A DNA stretch of 64,000 nt from Caecitellus pseudoparvulus (taxonomy: Eukaryota > Protista > Bigyra: Bicosoecida), in assembly GCA_965644315.1 (NCBI GenBank), contig CBFFRQ010000149.1, forward strand, positions 1 to 64,000. Reading direction: 5' to 3'. The position numbers and the translations under genes are program-made. The notes beneath the pieces are model-generated. The model saw nothing but the letters and a program-made list of their open reading frames with translations. It was not told where the DNA came from and made no database searches. Positions 60,947-64,000 of this stretch are shown piece after piece (within the stretch, counting starts at the first letter, position 1; every line of letters begins with the position of its first letter).

Positions 60947-62504
60947 TCACTGCTGGCTTGCCTCAAACTCCTCCCTTGTGACGAGGTCGGGCACTGCAAG
61001 GCAGGGAAACTCGGTCGCCTTCATGGCCCGCAGCGTCTCCTTGCGCCAAGCGGCGTACCAAGGCGTGCCCTTGCCCACGACGTAAATGACAGGAATGGTG
61101 GGCACAACGTGGTCGGGCTGCACCAGCGGCAGCAACAGCGGCGCGGCGAGTGGAATCTGCACCCACACATGAGGCCCCTGGGGAGCAGGCTGCTCTGCGG
61201 CAGAGGCTGCGGAAGCGGTGGGGGCGGCTTGGTCACTTGGTTGGTCTGGGGTGGCGGGGGCTGGCAACCACTCGCTCCAAGCCTGTTCCAGGGGTTTGGC
61301 AGGCACGATGTTCCGCACGTAGAAGGCATCGACGTTGTCCAGGGTGTACGCGCCCGCTCGATCCCACGGGAGAGGGGGCAGCCCCCTTCGTCTTGGGCAG
61401 CATGGCGCCCAGAAGGGACTGCAGTGTGTCCACCTCAGGCCACGTCTGCACGTAGTCGCTCTGCCCCGTTTCTGGGTACAGCACCACCAGGGGCCAGTGC
61501 ATGCATCCGTCCTCCGTGATGTGGGGCTCGCCAGGTGTCCGACGCATGTCTTCGAACAGAGGCTTGCCCACGCGAATGCCCCGATCTGCACAGGCCTCTG
61601 CCGCGACGGCCAGGCGGTCTTTCGTCGCCTGCACTTTCGCCGCCTCTGCTTCCGCCATGCGCTGCACCTTGTCCAGGCCTGCCTGGGCTCGGCCAGCCAG
61701 GGTCTGCAGAGCCTTGCTCTCGGGGTCGCCTGCGAGGCCCTTGTTTGCGAGCTCTAGAGCCTTGCTGTAGCGCCCGAGGAGCACGGCGCACTTTGCGCCC
61801 CGCTGCACGGCACGGGCATTGTCAGGGTTCAGGCTCAGCGCCTCGAGGCACTCATCCAAGGCCATGCCCAGCTTCTTGCGGGACTGGAGAGGGGGCAGCG
61901 GGTGTGAGGGGTGTCGGTCTGCTGCTTCCCTTGCTGCGCCGTCGCCACGCACCATGAAAATTGCCGCCAAGTTGCTGTGCACGACGCTCTCCAGTGCTGT
62001 CATCTCAGACGATGGGGGGGCATTGCCGATGTGTCGCAGGGCATCCTGTGCAGGCGCGCTAGCGAGGCAGGTGAGGCGCCGCCAGGGGTGCAGCTCCAGC
62101 CACGGCACCGCACGTTGTAGAACTTCAGCGCGTTGCCATAGAACGCCTTGCCGCGCTTGAAAGCGACGTTGCCTCGCTCTTTGCAGTCGACGGCCAGCTC
62201 TGCAGGGCCATGGTCGTCGCTGTAGTCCAGATCTCGCAGGGCTTTCAAGTACGGGTTCTTCTCATAGTCCTCCTCCTGCGCAGCACGCGCGATCGAGCGA
62301 GTGACCAGGGCGGGGGACAAGGACGTGGAAAGCCACAGCACGAACTGTGGGCAGGTGGTCCATGAAAAAGGGATGGTTCTCGAAGTCGTCGTCCAAAGAA
62401 TCTAGATGGCCCGAGGCTTTCATCTTCTTGTACTCCTCGATAAGCTGGTCCAGCTGCTCCTCATCCAGCTCAGAAGGGGGCTGTGTGCCTGGCGCTGCTG
62501 CCAT
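60947..62504 (-). CDS. TTC4: TTC4/Cns1-like TPR Hsp70/Hsp90 co-chaperone (multi-exon)
   Basis: HPFFM, CKERGNVAFK TPR start, HSNLAA, and the wheel-domain motif HWPLVVLYPETGQSDYV. Confidence 0.8.
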
Positions 62505-62858
62505 GTCGAACCAATTTCCGCACAGCGAGACAAGAACGGGCAATGGAGTGGGCAAGGAACCAGAGCAAGGATAAAACCATCAAGGGACGTAATTGGGACG
62601 ATTTTTGTGTGCATCACAACCTGCCCCGTGGCAGGAAGCTTGCCGCTGCGTGGCCTCACCGTCCGGCTGGGCCGAGCGTTGGTTTGAGACGCATCATTTC
62701 ATCATTCGCGCACCGCAAAAATCAAGCCCCCCACACCAGCACCTTCAGCAGTGCAAATGCGCCGCATGCCAGCACTTTTCCCCACCCAGTACCCACGACA
62801 AACCAGTAGATGTGGCAAGAGCCTCCTTTGTGCTGTGCTTCTCCACCCAACTCTCACC

Positions 62859-63612
62859 ATGGGAAAGACTCGCCCCGCATCCACCCCCGTTGACAGTGCG
62901 TGCCAGTTTCCGCACTCGGGCAGCGCTACGTCGCGCTGGCCTGAGCGTCAAGGGGGCGCCAGGGCAGACCTTTGATGGCAGCCGCGCACTGTGCTTTTGT
63001 CCCGCTTCGCAGCCCCTGTGGTGAAGGAGGCCACGATCAACCTCCACAAGCGCCTGCACGGCATGTGAGTCTCGGCGCCTGGTCAGCTGCGGAACTAGCA
63101 CCAGCCTCCTTGGCCGGCTGCTCAGAGCACAGCCGAGGTGGTGGCGGCCAAGAGCAGTGTGCAGGAAGTCCGCACTGTGCACTTCCTCACCCCCCTTGCT
63201 GTGTGCAGTGGCTTCAAGAAGCGTGCCCCCCGCGCTGTGCGTGAGATCAAGAAGTTCGTCGGCAAGGAGATGAAGACCACCGACGTGCGCCTGGACACCT
63301 CTGTCAACAAGTATGTCTGGCACAAGGGCATCCGCAACGTCCCCACTCGCATCCGCGTGCTCATGGAGCGCAAGCGCAACGAGGACGAGGACGCCAAGGA
63401 GACTGTGAGTGCAGCGCCTGGCACGGCGAAACGCTGCGGTGAAACTCCAGCTCACCTGCACCTGCCATTTGCGCTCGCCTCACCCGCAGATGTACACCCT
63501 GGTCAAGTACGTCGATGTGGCTGTGGACCCCAACACCGGCAAGAAGGTGAAGGGCGGCTTCAAGAACTTGCAGACCGGCAAGACCACCGTCGCCGCTGAG
63601 GAGGAGGAGTAA
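62859..63612 (+). CDS. RPL31: 60S ribosomal protein L31 (eL31), four exons
   Basis: [10 protein letters not shown] / [15 protein letters not shown]...DVRLD...KGIRNVP.RIRV...RKRNEDED / MYTLV; GT-AG introns join in frame. Confidence 0.95.
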
Positions 63613-64000
63613 ACCCCCCCCCCAGACACACACCACAATGCAGCTGAGGAGGACACCACAGCGCCCCGCCCGTGCTCTACATTGCAATTTAGCTTGCCTC
63701 AGCCTGTCCCTGGCAGGCGGGTCGTCACGCCTTTGTCTGTTTCGTGGTACAGCAGCTCCTCACAAGCTACGCCGCGCCCTCGAAGCACCTTCACTTTCAT
63801 GTGCCCAGACACTGCGGTGCTGTAGCCACTGGTCAGCGGCGCCAGGTTGAACTGCCAGTCGCAGTTCTCACACGCAGAGTGCAGGTGCCACCCCGGCACG
63901 TCAGAGTGCACCAGCGCACCTGCGACTCCAACCTCACCCGTTCCCACACCACCAACGCACCAGTCCCACGCGTCTGCCACACCCCCTGCATCTCCACCAA

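Overview
GC-rich, intron-containing eukaryotic DNA, probably from a flagellated protist (SAS-6 is present; the species cannot be determined from sequence), carrying a 38.7-kb AT-rich insertion made of two nested endogenous DNA viruses. The OUTER element (16127-54811; ~690-bp TIRs; 5-bp TSD CTATT) is a provirophage with a Sputnik-like 590-aa major capsid protein (MCP), penton, cysteine protease and packaging ATPase. It interrupts a host RCC1-repeat/IPT/multi-TM gene, whose frame is restored at the junction when the element is removed. The INNER element (21104-38800; 418-bp TIRs; 5-bp TSD CATCC) looks like a Polinton-like virus (PLV), with a 442-aa MCP, 280-aa penton, ATPase and lipase but no protease. 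It sits in the chromodomain codons of the outer element's rve integrase. The two elements have dissimilar capsid modules but share a homologous, collinear chassis (SF3 helicase, short ORF, short pPolB-like gene, convergent rve-integrase/chromodomain, TM P-loop protein, ~92-aa conserved protein, fibre) and an ACTTAAAGA upstream motif. The outer element also carries a densely hairpinned non-coding island (candidate ncRNA) and a permuted-papain/Pol-beta nucleotidyltransferase fusion. Flanking host genes are a paralogous RCC1/IPT gene, SAS-6, COG6, TTC4/Cns1 and RPL31. All protein calls come from motif recognition by eye; no database searches were run.
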